Assembly: GCA_963733195.1 (NCBI GenBank)
Contig: CAVTCR010000056.1
Span: 32,001 to 96,000 of the forward strand
DNA length: 64,000 nucleotides
Direction: 5' to 3'
Source of the DNA: an uncultured delta proteobacterium
GTDB lineage: Bacteria; Desulfobacterota; Binatia; Bin18
Shown: positions 1 through 11,805 of the stretch, piece after piece
Layout of the letters: the number at the start of each line of letters is the position of its first letter
How positions within the stretch are numbered: the stretch's first letter is position 1
Translations under genes and position numbers: made by a program
The notes under the pieces: generated by a model
Told to the model about the DNA's origin: nothing
The model's input: the letters and a program-made list of their open reading frames with translations, nothing else
Databases searched by the model: none

Positions 1-474
1 TACGCCCTGGTCAATGTCTTCGAGTGAAACCAAGCCAATCCCATAGAGCCGTTTCGGATTGTGCGCGCAGAAGTCGGCGACCCAATCGTTGTATACACCG
101 AAACAGGCGCGTTGTAGATCTGCATCTTGTAAACCGAACAATGGCATGCCAAGTGTGGTGTAGAGAACCTCAGCCTCGACACCGTCAAGTTCCTGATCCT
201 TGATACGTTCGACCGGATCCCAGCCGCTTGGGCGGGCGGCTTCGTAGCCTTTAGACAAATGCTCTTTCAGTTCCTCACCCGAACGTCCGGCACCAAAGCC
301 ACCAGCAACGGGGAAGGAGTCAATGCCTTCAGCGACAAAAATCAACCCGGGCTTCTTGGGATTTTGGATGACTTTGGGAGAGCGTTCCCGGAATTTTTTA
401 TCCAGGCGGGTGGTCCACAAATCTGCCGGCTCCATCATGTGAGAGTCAGCGGAAACGAAACGAAGATTCGCCAT
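1..474 (-). CDS. Amidohydrolase_2 family protein (runs off window start)
   Basis: Manual translation MANLRFVSADSHMMEP...GWDPVERIKDQELDGVEAEVLY...YNDWVADFC; AGGAGGA RBS at 481-487. Confidence 0.9.
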   Translation of the reverse strand, partial: MANLRFVSADSHMMEPADLWTTRLDKKFRERSPKVIQNPKKPGLIFVAEGIDSFPVAGGFGAGRSGEELKEHLSKGYEAARPSGWDPVERIKDQELDGVEAEVLYTTLGMPLFGLQDADLQRACFGVYNDWVADFCAHNPKRLYGIGLVSLEDIDQGV

Positions 475-691
475 GTACGGTCCTCCTTTTGTATAGATAA
501 AGAATAAGACGGTTACAAGCTCCATTCGTCTGAACGTGGACTTCTGTGCTCCCGTACACTCCTTAATGTCTTTTCATGGGAGCTAGTTTGCTGTCAAGAG
601 AGCAATGAACGAAGATTCATTCCTGTGCTCTCTCAATGACGGGTCACCCAGGATCCGAACCGCCTGTGATACGAATCGGTGCTGCTGAACA

Positions 692-976
692 CTACGGAGT
701 CTCTAGCGTGTCGTCTTCAGGTGTCCAGGAACTATCAGTCTTCCGTGAGCGACTGCGCTCGAAGCGTTGACGATGGACTTCGCGCCAATGAAACGACTGC
801 GGTGGGCGTTGTTGTCGCTCTAAGCTGCTAAGTAAGGCTTCTTTGTTATCAGCTCTACCAAAGCAGTGCTCTCCAAGCCACAATTCCCATCCCTCACGAC
901 TCTTCCCGTCTGGTCCGACGATATCGCGACGGACAAAGTGTGGTTCCCCTCCAAGGCTTGGCTTCGTCGTGAACAT
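692..976 (-). CDS. hypothetical protein (94 aa)
   Basis: ORF with GGAGG RBS upstream; no recognised family. Confidence 0.6.
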   Translation of the reverse strand: MFTTKPSLGGEPHFVRRDIVGPDGKSREGWELWLGEHCFGRADNKEALLSSLERQQRPPQSFHWREVHRQRFERSRSRKTDSSWTPEDDTLETP

Positions 977-1033
977 GTTGTCCTCCGGTTGTAGCGGTTG
1001 TGTGTAGCAGTTGTTGTGTCCACAGGTGCTCTT

Positions 1034-1631
1034 TTATTCCTGTTCACGAATGAGTCCGAGGAAGTCCCGTAACACGCGATAGGTGAGACCCCAGATCGTC
1101 TTGCCGCCATATATTAGCGCGGGAACCTCTATCATCGTTTTGTCGGGTAAATCTCGGCGGACGGTCTGTTCAACTTCATCACGTTGCATAAAAGACAACG
1201 GCACCCAGATTGTATCTTGGACCTCTACTGGATCAGGGTTTGAGTTGCGCTTCCGGTGATACGAGATACACAAATGGTGAGACCGCCATGTTGGTGGGTC
1301 GTCCGCGTGCCATAGCTTGTACTTCAGCTAATCGGCCTAGATATTCACCATGATTGTCGAGGTCGATTCCCACCTCTTCTCGTGTTTCCCGCGAGATCGT
1401 GACTAATAAGTCTGAATCTTCCGGATCTTGTCGTCCCCCAGGAAATGCCATATGGCCAGACCAGGGATCATGCGGATGATGAGCACGATGAATAAAAAGG
1501 ACGTGTAAATCCTCTTCTTGTGGTTGGAGGAGCAACGCCACCGCTGCTCGCATCGGGTCTTCAAGCGTAACACGGTCCGGGTCGTGATCAGACAACCGGT
1601 GACGAATGCGAGAAATCTTTTTATGTACCAT
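1034..1631 (-). CDS. CoA pyrophosphatase (Nudix hydrolase, NudL/PCD1-like), frameshift near 1250
   Basis: WSGHMAFPGGRQD...RETREEVGI Nudix box; C-terminal IWGLTYRVL lies in another frame. Confidence 0.85.
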
Positions 1632-1867
1632 GCCACTTCCCAGCGAAGAAAGCTCATTATATCGTAATTTCTATGGCAGAGCGAATAATGATTGCTATTT
1701 TCCTCCTTTGTCCTCTCAGGTGGATGTGGTAGCGCGTATTTTCATGAAGTGAGAAAAGGGGAAGCATGCAGTTTCTGAAGAAGTTACCGTTGGCGTCAGC
1801 GTGGTCTGAGTATCGATGATTGCTTGCGACAGTTGTTGACCCCGCGGCCATGATTGCCATGCCTTGC

Positions 1868-2060
1868 GGAAAGAGACGCTCTACTCTTAGGAGAGAGTCT
1901 CGGTTCAGGGACACTGTTTGGTGGTTGTGGTCTTGACCTTGGACGTTGGCTGCAGCCGAACGATGTCATCGAATTGGAAATCGAGCGGATCGGAGTGCTG
2001 CGGAATCGGGTTGTGCGAAAAAGGAATTCAGTAGACAGGAGACAGAATCCAGAAGACTAA
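1868..2060 (+). pseudogene. C-terminal fragment of a fumarylacetoacetate hydrolase family protein
   Basis: LGSGTLFGGCGLDLGRWLQPNDVIELEIERIGVLRNRV is a typical FAH C-terminus; no N-terminal part upstream. Confidence 0.65.
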
Positions 2061-2147
2061 AGGAGTCACGATTCCTTTAGTCTTAGTGCTCTCTGTTTCC
2101 ATGCTGACCTCTAGCCCCTAACTTCTGACTCCTGACTTTTTTGCTCA

Positions 2148-2384
2148 TCATTGGTGTGACGATTCCTCCTGATTTGCTTCCTTGACGGCATCGAGCACTG
2201 CACTGGCACGTTGTACATGAACTTGGACTTCCAGAATCTGATTGAGTAAACGACCGATATAGGCTCTGGCCTCTTCAGTTTGTGGGCCGAGGCCTTTAAC
2301 GAGTTGGGTGGCAGCACTCACGCCTTGTGTGGCTTGGGTAACGGCACTTTCGATTTCTGCAAATGTTTCCGTATCAATGATCAT
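2148..2384 (-). CDS. hypothetical small helical protein (78 aa)
   Basis: ORF with GAGG RBS; amphipathic helical pattern. Confidence 0.6.
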   Translation of the reverse strand: MIIDTETFAEIESAVTQATQGVSAATQLVKGLGPQTEEARAYIGRLLNQILEVQVHVQRASAVLDAVKEANQEESSHQ

Positions 2385-2583
2385 GTATCTTCCTCTTATG
2401 AGGGTTGAAGCGGGAAGTCTACCAGCCTCCTTACTTTCGCCTCCGGCACTCTACAGAGAAAAGCTATTTCTCGTCAACGCGGTCAATGTGTCTCTGTCTA
2501 AATATAGTTATCGTGGTATTTGGGTATTGCTGTCAAGGTTTGTTTTGTCACTCCCTTCACTCTGGGGGTGACACAACTGCACT

Positions 2584-3372
2584 ATGCTGATGCTAGCTCA
2601 ACTGGGACAGAAAACTGACTCTCTCTGCTTGGCCATTGGCCATCGCGGAGCGGCAGCCATTTGCCCGGAGAATACGCTCCCCTCGTTTCTGGCTGCGCGT
2701 GACGCTGGGGCGCGTATGATCGAACTCGATGTGCAGCAAAGCGCTGACGATGAGTTGATCGTCTTTCATGATGAAACCCTTGACCGCCTTTGTGGTGAGG
2801 CGACAGCCGTCGGTTCTCTCACCGAGTTGGCAGTAACCGCCAAAGTCGTTGGCCAATGGCATGGCCAATCTGTGACTATTCCTTCCCTTGCTCATGTGTT
2901 TACGACACTACGGGATTCGCTGCTGTATAACGTGGAACTGAAGACCGATACCGTGCACTATCCAGGGATTGAGTCTCGGCTTGCTGCTTTGGTTGCTGCT
3001 CATGGACTTGCTGAACACGTTCTTGTCTCCAGTTTTAATCATGAAAGCTTACGGCTCGTGAGACAATGTGACCCTCACCTATCCTTAGGGATACTCCTCG
3101 ATGCTCGGCAAGCGCAGCAGTGTGACGGTCCTGACGGAATTGTGGCTCGGGCACGTGAGTTCTCGTGTTTCTCTGTTCATCCTAAGTTCACTGTCCTGCG
3201 TCGCTGGCCTGAACTTGGAACCGCGTGTCATGCGGCGGGTCTGCGAATTTTCCCGTGGACAGTAGACGACGAGGCAGATTGGCAGTTTCTCGTTGATGTT
3301 GTTGGTGTCGATGGGATTATTACCAATGATCCAGGGAGACTTACAAGTGGTTACAGGCTCGATTGCAGGTAG
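2584..3372 (+). CDS. glycerophosphodiester phosphodiesterase (GDPD)
   Basis: IGHRGA, PENTL, IELDV, VFHD, NVELK, WTVD, DGIITNDP motifs. Confidence 0.93.
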   Translation: MLMLAQLGQKTDSLCLAIGHRGAAAICPENTLPSFLAARDAGARMIELDVQQSADDELIVFHDETLDRLCGEATAVGSLTELAVTAKVVGQWHGQSVTIPSLAHVFTTLRDSLLYNVELKTDTVHYPGIESRLAALVAAHGLAEHVLVSSFNHESLRLVRQCDPHLSLGILLDARQAQQCDGPDGIVARAREFSCFSVHPKFTVLRRWPELGTACHAAGLRIFPWTVDDEADWQFLVDVVGVDGIITNDPGRLTSGYRLDCR

Positions 3373-3420
3373 ATTACTAAAGCGAACCACACGACATTGG
3401 GACACGGGCTACTTAGAAGC

Positions 3421-3535
3421 TCATGCTGAGCCTTCGACTTTGCTCAGGTAACTAGCCGTAGGGCGAAGTGAAGCATGTCGACTCTTGACGCGCTGCTCTT
3501 CGACTTCGCTACGCTACGCTCAGGACGAGCGGAGA
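3421..3535. repeat. REP-like repeat (CCTTCGAC...GCTCAGG family); related copy at about 19530-19590
   Basis: ccttcgactttgctcagg and cttcgacttcgctacgctacgctcaggacgagcgg here; ccttcgacttcggcgcttgcgcctacgctcaggacgaacgg at 19.5 kb. Confidence 0.65.
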
Positions 3536-3585
3536 AATATTCCATAGCGCGTGACGGGAGGTGTGCACATCTTCTGTGGTTTTGT

Positions 3586-3753
3586 TTAACCAGGAGGATG
3601 TTCACCAAACATCCTGTGCCAATGCTCTTTGTACACAGCGATAGGAACGAGTCGAACGGCAAGAAAGATCAGTCCCGGCACGATAATTACGTCATCAAGA
3701 TGCCCAATGAGCGGAAGGAAATCAGGGATTAAATCAAAGGGCATCGCACATAC
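3586..3753 (-). pseudogene. duplicated 3' half of the DUF1232 (YkvA) gene
   Basis: About 90 bp nearly identical to 4783-4872, followed by a diverged distal part with its own stop codon. Confidence 0.85.
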
Positions 3754-4700
3754 TGAAAGTTGACGGTGAGCGAGGTGTTTACGCGGCAGCGCATGGGGGC
3801 GGTTCAGCTGCTTGTTGCCGACGGATCTCTTTTGAGCTTCTTGCCGGACAGTGCGGTGCAGTTGGTGCGTTCCCCACTCCCACGCCAGCTCCTGCTTGAG
3901 CGTGAACGCACTCCAGACTGCGGTTGGATCTGTTGGCGCGCAGTCGCAGCAACAGCAAATACGCCATCACCGCTACGGCCACCGAGCGTTCCACCCGTGC
4001 GCGTCTTTGGTGACTTGATGTTGTCTAAGCCACAGCACTCTTGAGTTCTTTGATACAGAGTTCACCGGCCATCTTCTGAGATAGAGTGCACGGTCAGGTG
4101 CGCGTCGCTTACGGATATTCCGAGAGTTTGGTGTGTTTGTCTCGTCCGCTGCCGTCGACTGAGCCCACGGTGACTCTCCCTCTGCGCGAACTGCGCTTGC
4201 TTAGCTAATGTCCAGAAGTTCCTGCGATGGACGGATATGGGGGACAATCAAGGAACGCGATTCATAGTAATGATGGATCGGCAATGATTACGATATCGCG
4301 CGATATTGGCCGTTGGCAGCTCAGGTCCGCGAAGGCGATCCAGAACCAGCCGCGGCTAGATCGCTTGCGATCGCGCGCGAGGATAGGCCGCCGGCCACCA
4401 CCACCGCTTTCTTACACCGGCAGCGGCTACCCCTGTAGCCTCGCGAAACAGCGCTTCTCTGATTGTACTCTTGCTCTCTTGGTTGACCAGCCGAAACGCG
4501 AGCGGTGCGTAGATTCCCTGTGCGATCAGTGACCCTGCAACCGAGTAAAGGGTGCGTCTCGTTGAGCGCCTCTTGGCCAGCGTTTTCTCCGCGCTTGTCT
4601 TCAGGTACTGTCGACTACCAAAAGAGCCGCCATCTTGGCGGGAGGAACGCGGCCAGCGCTTCACTCACCAGCCATTCCAGGACGCCCTCTCTCGATCACA
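3753..4700 (-). mobile_element. decayed IS701/IS4-like transposase remnant
   Basis: Fragments VERSVAVAVMAYLLLLRL, LVVDST and PLAFRLV across broken frames; end sequence CTGAAAGTTGACGG at 3753. Confidence 0.6.
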
Positions 4701-4709
4701 GGTCGGTTG

Positions 4710-5000
4710 TTAATCAACAGAGTTTTCACCAAACATTCTGTGCCAGTGCTCATTATAGACTGCGACGGGAATGAGCCGGACAGCAAGAAAGATCAGTCCC
4801 GGTACGATAATTACGTCATCAAGATGCCCAATGAGCGGAAGGAAATCAGGGATTAAATCAAAGGGCATCGCAACATACGCAAGTGCAGCCCAGAGCAAAT
4901 AGCGTGCGAGTCGTGGAGTTCGTGGGTCTTGATAGAGCGCTCGGTAGAGCGCGAGGTGTTGGCGAAGTGTGCCTGCGATTTCTTTCAGTGTCTGAAGCAT
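4710..5000 (-). CDS. DUF1232 / YkvA family membrane protein
   Basis: DPRTP...YVAMPFDLIPDFLPLIGHLDD signature. Confidence 0.9.
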   Translation of the reverse strand: MLQTLKEIAGTLRQHLALYRALYQDPRTPRLARYLLWAALAYVAMPFDLIPDFLPLIGHLDDVIIVPGLIFLAVRLIPVAVYNEHWHRMFGENSVD

Positions 5001-5014
5001 GTGGTTTTTCTGTA

Positions 5015-5043
5015 GTAGAGACGCCCCGGCGGGGCGTCTCTAC
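5015..5043. repeat. GTAG-type REP palindrome
   Basis: GTAGAGACGCCCC-GGC-GGGGCGTCTCTAC perfect hairpin. Confidence 0.75.
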
Positions 5044-5046
5044 GGC

Positions 5047-5910
5047 TCAGCGAAATAGACTCAACTGTGTCGGCGTTGAGGGAATCGCATTCCAAGGTAA
5101 CGGAGGGACAAGAATCTTTCGTTGTTCAAGAAGTGATTGAAAGTAACGTGCTGTTCCAGGCGAATAGTCTTCGATCGGACAATGGACAAAGAAATAGATG
5201 CGTGTTCCTTGAGATAACCAACGGGCAACGTGGGTTATCCATTCCTCAATGAATAGATTGTTACTCTCTCGGTGTGGATGGCTAATAAAACGTACAAGAC
5301 TAAAGGGAGCAGTAACACTTGGTTGCAGAGGCAACTTCGGTTTCCGCCACTTCATCCCAATCTGCGGATCATCAGGGCCTTCATAGAGCGGGCGGGTATC
5401 GAGCAGCACTCGCCCAACACTAAGACTCTCTAACAGTGAGGTCAATGCTTGAGCATGTGGTTCGCGAAACCAATCGAGATGCCGAACTTCGACAGCTAAC
5501 GGTATTTCTTCTCGTGGCCAAGCCGAAAGAAACGCATGAAGGTCGTTCAGCATCGTCGGTCCGTATTGTGGCGGTAATTGCACGAAGATCGGACCAAGGC
5601 GATCACCCAGTGTTTGCATGAGTTTCCCAAACGTTAACGCGTGAGGAATCGACGGTTGCAGGAGGCCTCTGTGGGTAAGATCCCGTGGTAGTTTGGGGCA
5701 AAATTGAAAACCTGGTGGGGTTTCTGCTGCCCAGCGCATGACAGTGTCACGACTTGGCACGCCGTAAAAAGTGGCGTTGATCTCCACCGCAGTTAAACGC
5801 TGGCTGTACAGACGCAAGAAGTCAGCGGCTCGACTGCTTGCCGGGAAGAAATCTCCCAGCCAGCCTTTATAGGCCCACACTGCGCACCCGAGAAAGAAAT
5901 TCGCACGCTC
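5047..5910 (-). CDS. DUF72 family protein (YecE-like); start uncertain
   Basis: FLGCAVWAYKGW, VEINATFY, FCPKLP, QLPP, AVEVRH, YFFVH motifs. Confidence 0.9.
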   Translation of the reverse strand, partial: ERANFFLGCAVWAYKGWLGDFFPASSRAADFLRLYSQRLTAVEINATFYGVPSRDTVMRWAAETPPGFQFCPKLPRDLTHRGLLQPSIPHALTFGKLMQTLGDRLGPIFVQLPPQYGPTMLNDLHAFLSAWPREEIPLAVEVRHLDWFREPHAQALTSLLESLSVGRVLLDTRPLYEGPDDPQIGMKWRKPKLPLQPSVTAPFSLVRFISHPHRESNNLFIEEWITHVARWLSQGTRIYFFVHCPIEDYSPGTARYFQSLLEQRKILVPPLPWNAIPSTPTQLSLFR

Positions 5911-6710
5911 ATACTCGTACCATAGCGAGGGCAGACTGCCGACGAAAGCTCAGTTACTCATGATTCTTTGCACTTGCATTTTGGAGCGGCCTGAGCTGTA
6001 AACAGGCCAAGGGAAAAACTGCGAATGACATTCGATGAGGTGCTCGCGCAAGTTCGTGCGTTGTTACAACGTGAAGGACGCGTGTCCTATCGCGCTCTTA
6101 AGCGGCGTTTCGACTAGATGATGAATATATGGAAGATCTCAAGGCCGAACTCATCCACGCAAAGAAACTTGCCAGTGATGAAGATGGAACGGTGATCGTT
6201 TGGCTGGATCAAGGGGAAAACGGCAAAAAGGCCGAAAATGGCGAGTCCGGAGTTCAGAGTCAAAGGAGTAAGGCCAATTCTTAGTCCCCAGACCGCTAGA
6301 CGCTAGACACCGAACCCTCAGACGTGCCGACCTCTCGGCGCCAACTGACGGTGATGTTCTGTGATTTGGTCGGCTCGACCGCACTGTCGGCGCGGCTCGA
6401 TCCAGAAGATTGGCGTGAGATCGTACAGGCGTATCAACGTACATGTTCAGAAGTGATCCACCGTCATGAAGGTTTCATCGCGCAATATCTTGGTGATGGA
6501 TTGTTGGTGTATTTCGGCTATCCGACCGCGCATGAAGATGATGCGCGGCGGGCTGTGCGGGCAGGATTGGAGATTATTCAGGCGTTACACATAGAGGTTC
6601 CCTCTCTCTTAGGGGTGAAGGAATTCCTCCAGGTCCGCATCGGCATTCACACCGGCCTGGTCGTGGTAGGAGAAATCGGCAGCGACGAAAAACGCGAGTT
6701 GCTCGCCCTA

Positions 6711-7916
6711 TATGCCTGGCAGCCAAGAAGTGGAGTTTAGCGAGAGGGAGTATAATCATGGAGCGAAGGAATTGAAGGAGGGAGAAGAGATGGGATGTTG
6801 AGCGAAGCGGACTATCAGGAAGCACTACGGCGGTACAAGGATAAGACGTGCAATGGGCACGAACGCCAGCGCTATCATGCCCTGTTGCTGGTGGCGAAAG
6901 GGTATAGCTATCGGGCGATTGCCGACATTCTCTTTGTCGATGAAGAGACGATCAGTCGCTGGGTGCGGGTGTACCGGGAGCAGGGGCTCGACGGGCTCAA
7001 GAACCATCCGGACTGGGGCGGGGAGCATGGTCAGTGCCGTCTAAGCGAGGAGGACTTGGCACAACTTGGACCGGTGCTGGAACAGGAGGCGATGCCGGGC
7101 ACAGCGGTGGGCAGTGGGTGGACTATCCGGGCGATTCGCGCCCTGCTGGAGGAGCGCTTTCTGGTGTGCTACAGCCGCCGGGGCGTGCGCAAGCTGATGA
7201 GAGCCCTGCGGTGGAGTTATCAACGGGGGCGGAAACTCTACATCAAACGGAGTGCGGAGGAGCAGCGACGCTTTGAGTGGGAGACGCGGACCGTGTTGGC
7301 GGAGCTGGCGGCCAGCGGTGCGCGGGTGACACCCTTAGCGGGGGATCAGAGTAAGGTGTATCTGGAAGGAACGGTGGCGTGGCGCTGGAACCCAGTCGGG
7401 CAGCAACCCTTGATTGCCGATGGGGCACGCAGTAAAGCAGCGGAGAACCTGTACGGCGCAGTGCATCTAGGCACCGGGGAAGAAGTCGTGCCTTTTGTGA
7501 TTGACTGGCAAGACTGGGACGCAACGATTGCTGGCTGGAGCAAGTGCTGACGGCCTGTCCGCGCGGCGAGGTCGTCTTGTGGATTGATCAAGCCCCACAC
7601 CATACCAGTGAGGAGGTGGAAGAGTGGCTGGAGGTCCATCCCCGCCTGCGGGTGATTCATTTCCCGGCCTATACTCCGGAGGAGAATCCCAAAGAGGCAA
7701 CGTGGAAGACCCTGAAGGAAGAAGTCTCGCATCACCGCTGGCACGAAACCAAGGCGGCATTAAGCAAGGCGGTCGATGAGTTCTACCAAACTGCGCGGCG
7801 ACACACCGTCAACTTCCTGGAAAAGTTCGGGTACTGCTGGCGGGAGGGGCGGATTTATGCCTTATCTCACCCCGCGTGACACCATTCAAAATCCAGATCT
7901 TGGTGTGCCACATATA
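6711..7916 (+). mobile_element. IS630-family insertion sequence with TA target duplication
   Basis: TA at 6709-6710 and 7917-7918; imperfect terminal inverted repeats; removal restores the host frame ELLALGETPN. Confidence 0.9.
6795..7879 (+). CDS. IS630 transposase (frameshift near 7530)
   Basis: N-terminal HTH; DQSKV, WIDQAPHH, FPAYTPEENPKEATW catalytic motifs. Confidence 0.9.
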
Positions 7917-9825
7917 TAGGTGAAACGCCCAATATTGCCGCCCGCATTCAAGGATTAGCAGAACCCAATACCGTCATTATGAGCGCTGCTACGCATCGAT
8001 TGGTTGACGGTCAATTTGAATGTCAACCTTTCGGCTCTCATCTCGTCAAAGGGATCGATGTCCCTATTGCTGTCTACCATGTCCAGAGCGAACAACAGAA
8101 CACATCACTACTGGGAAGCAAAACGACATTCACCCCATTGGTCGGACGTGAGCAGGAAGTGGGACTGCTGTTTGACCGTTGGGAGCAAGTGAAAGAAGGA
8201 CGCGGCCAGGTGGTGTTGCTGAGTGGGGAGCCTGGGATTGGTAAATCTCGCCTTGCATACACTTTGAAAGAGCATGTTGCAAACCAAGGGTACCTGCTGA
8301 TCGAATCACGCTGCTCGCCGTATCATCAGCACAGTGCGTTATATCCACTGATCGAGTTCTTACAGCGTGTGTTGTTACTAACCCGCCAGGAGGCAGACAG
8401 TGAGAAGGTAGGGAAGCTTGAGCGTGCGTTGGCGCTATACGACATGCAAGAGACTGTACCACTCTTTACCGCACTCCTCTCGCTGCCGACGCCGTCACAC
8501 TATCCGCCGTTGAATCTTACGCCACAGAAGCAGAAAGAACGGACACTGCAAGCGGCAGTGCAATGGTTAGTAGCCCAGGCAGAGCGGCAAGCGACGGTGT
8601 CCGTGTGGGAAGATCTGCATTGGGCTGATCCGTCATCGTTAGAGTTCCTGACCCTTTTGGTAGAACAAATTCCCACGACCAAACTGTTACTCGTGTTAAC
8701 GTTCCGCCCTGAATTTACTCCGCCGTGGAGATTGCGCTCGCATCTCACACAGCTGAATCTCAATCGCCTTGGCAAACGGCACATTGAGAGCGATGATTAG
8801 AAAGATGGCGAAGGAAAAGCGAACTCTCTGCCGAAGTCATCGATCAAATTCGTACCAAGACAGACGGAGTGCCGTTGTTCGTGGAAGAGCTGACCAAAGC
8901 CGTGATCGAGTCGGACGGGGTAGCGGGCACGGCACGCCGTTTCTCTACAAACCATTCCCGCAACGTTACAAGAAGCGTTACTAGCCCGGCTCGACCGTCT
9001 ATCCGACGCACGCCAAGTTGCCCAACTTGGCGCCACGCTGGGGCGAGAGTTCTCTTATGAATTGCTGCGCGCGGTTGCGCCAATCGCTGAAGCCGACCTG
9101 CAAACAGCTCTCACCAAGCTTGTTGAAGCAGAGATTCTCTACCAACGTGGCGTTGGACAGCAATCACGCTACTTCTTCAAACATGCCCTCATTCAGGACA
9201 CGGCTTATCAATCGTTACTCAAGAGCACGCGGCAGCGCTATCACCAACAGATAGCTCAAACGTTAGAGGAACGATTTCCAGACACCAAAGAGGCTCAGCC
9301 CGAACTGCTCGCGCATCACTACACCGAGACAGGACTGATTGAGCAGGCGATTCCGTATTGGCAAAAGGCGGGACAACAAGCCGTACAGCGCTCAGCAAAT
9401 ACAGAAGCTATTAGCCATCTGACCAAGGGACTAGAATTACTCAAAACTCTGTCTGATACGCCTGAACGGGTTCAGTTAGAACTTTTACTACAAATCACCC
9501 TGGGCACTCCGTTGATGGCTACCAAGGGGTATGCTGCCCCAGAGGTCGAGCAAGCCTATACCCGGGCATGGGATCTTTGTCAGCAAATTGGAGAAACGCC
9601 GCAGCTCGGTCCAGTTTTGTCCGGATTATGGGGTTTTTATGTCGTACGTGCGGAGCACAGAACTGCGTACGAGATCGGAAAGCGCCTCTTGAGCCTGGCC
9701 GAAAATCAAAAAGATACAACCCGCCTTGTTGCAGCCCACTGGGCACTTGGCTGCTCGTCATTCGTCCTCGGGGAGCTGACCTCTGCTCATGCCTACCTGG
9801 AGAAGGTCTTTGCACTATATAATCT

Positions 9826-10890
9826 GAAGCCTGTGCCATAAATCGGTCGGGGGTCGCAGAGAGTCTTCACTCTCTGCACAGTAGGGTAATGCCAAACCAT
9901 CCCCTGTCCCCCGACGCCTCGCTCAGGATAGTTGAGCAAATCAAAGAATACTATGTGGAACTGCCCCGCCCCCGCCAACGGGGCCGCCCCCGCACTTTCT
10001 CGGCTCAAGCCTTTCTGCTGTTGGCCGTGGTGGCGGTGGTGCTGCGCACCTTCAGACCCCAGGAACTGCATACCCTGTTGGCGAAAGATGCCCGGTTGCG
10101 GCAAGCCTTGGGCTTTGGCCGCGTTCCTCACCGGTGCACCCTCAAGCGGCGCCTGTCGGCCACCTTGCCAGAAGCCGAAGCGCAAGTGCGGGCCGTGGGC
10201 CAGCAAATTCTGGTGGAGGTCGAGCCTGGTCCGGATGAGCCCCACGCCTCGGCCATTGATGGGCGCATGTATCAAGCCCAAGGGCCGCTCTGGCATAAGC
10301 GCGACCGGGAACAGGAGCGGATTCCCCCCGGGCTGCGCAATGTGGACACCGAGTCGGCCTGGTCCAAGAGTGGCTATCGGGGCTGGGTGCAAGGCTATCG
10401 CTTGGTCCTGCAGGGACTGGTTTTTCCCCCTCCTGTGCCGCTCTTTGCCCGCTGGTGCTCCAACGCGGTGGGGGAAAGTACGGTGCTGGAACAGGCGCTG
10501 GCCGCTGAGCACTTCCCGGTCACGGCACTCTTGCTGGGCGACTCGACCTTTGGCGGAGCCGACCTCGTGGCCCTCTATGCGCAGCACGGCGGTTGGCTGC
10601 TCACGCCCCAGCAGTTGCCGACCAACCCTGAGTCGTGGCAACACGACCTGTATGCCTATCGGCGCGAAACCATCGAGTTGCTCTTTCAGCGGATTATGCA
10701 AACGTGTGACCTCAAAGCCTGCCCCACCAAAGGCTTGGCGCGCACCGGCACCTTTGTCATCGCCAGTGTGTGGCTCTATCAAGTGCTCTTTCTGGACAAC
10801 CATCGCCAACAGAGACCTAGCGCTCACATCAAGGAGCTTATCGATGAAGGACGGTGGCGCATAGCGGCCTGAATTACGCGGACAGACTTC
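9826..10890 (+). mobile_element. DDE insertion sequence (IS982/IS5-like), 9 bp target duplication
   Basis: ATATAATCT at 9817-9825 and 10891-10899; ends GAAGCCTGT and ACAGACTTC; removal restores ALYNLLEYHSLAF. Confidence 0.88.
9889..10872 (+). CDS. transposase (DDE_Tnp_1-like)
   Basis: AIDG, GWVQGY, LGDS, YRRETIE motifs; occupies most of the element. Confidence 0.88.
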   Translation: MPNHPLSPDASLRIVEQIKEYYVELPRPRQRGRPRTFSAQAFLLLAVVAVVLRTFRPQELHTLLAKDARLRQALGFGRVPHRCTLKRRLSATLPEAEAQVRAVGQQILVEVEPGPDEPHASAIDGRMYQAQGPLWHKRDREQERIPPGLRNVDTESAWSKSGYRGWVQGYRLVLQGLVFPPPVPLFARWCSNAVGESTVLEQALAAEHFPVTALLLGDSTFGGADLVALYAQHGGWLLTPQQLPTNPESWQHDLYAYRRETIELLFQRIMQTCDLKACPTKGLARTGTFVIASVWLYQVLFLDNHRQQRPSAHIKELIDEGRWRIAA

Positions 10891-11805
10891 ATATAATCTC
10901 TTGGAATACCACTCTCTAGCTTTTATGCATGTACATGACCCCGGAGTGAGTAGTTTATGTTTTGACGCATTGACGCTATGGCAGTTGGGCTATCCAGATC
11001 AAGCCCTGAAGAATAGTCAATCGGCGGTTTCTCTGGCTCGAAAAGTGGCCCGTCCTTTTAGCTTAGCGTATGCTCTGGACTTTGCGGCTTGGTGCCATCA
11101 ACTCCGACGAGGAAGCAGAAAGCCAAAGTGCAGGCCGAAGCCGGAATTGCCGTTTCGAGTGAGCACGGAATCCCCATGTTTTCAACCATGGGTACTATCT
11201 TTCGAGGTTGGGCCCTTATAGAGCAAGGACAGGAAGAAGAAGGAGTTGCGCAGATATGCCAGGGACTGGCTGGTTTTAGGATTAGTAGTGGGGGAGAGTG
11301 CTTGCGACCACATCTTCTTGCTCTACTGGCAGATACGTATGTAGAGGTGGGGAAAGCCGAAGAAGGGCTGAGTACATTGCCGAAGCGCTGGCGCTGGTCA
11401 ATAGAACAGGAGAGCGTTCCTACGAAGCCGAACTCTATCGACTCAAAGGCGAGCTCTTCTTCGCAGGAAAGTCCAAAGTCCAAAGTTCCGAAAGTCCAAA
11501 GTCCCAACGCCCAGAATCCTAAATCCCAAGGTAGAGGCCGAAGAATGTTTCCTCAAAGCCATCGAGATATCCCGCAAGCAACAAGCTAAATCGCTCGAAC
11601 TGCGTGCGGTGATGAGCCTTGTCCGTCTTCGACAACAACAAGCGATGCAGTCCGCATCACGTGATACGCAACACGAAGCACGTAACATGCTCGCCGAAGC
11701 TCACAAGATGTTGTCTGAGGTTTACAATTGGTTCACTGAAGGGTTTGATACGAAGGACTTGCAAGAGGCGAAGGGATTGTTAGAAGAGTTGATGGAAGAC
11801 AAGCT

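Noticed and set aside
9793-10864. Long ORFs 9793..10827 (-) and 9932..10864 (+)
   Set aside because: Shadow frames of the GC-rich transposase; no recognisable motifs.
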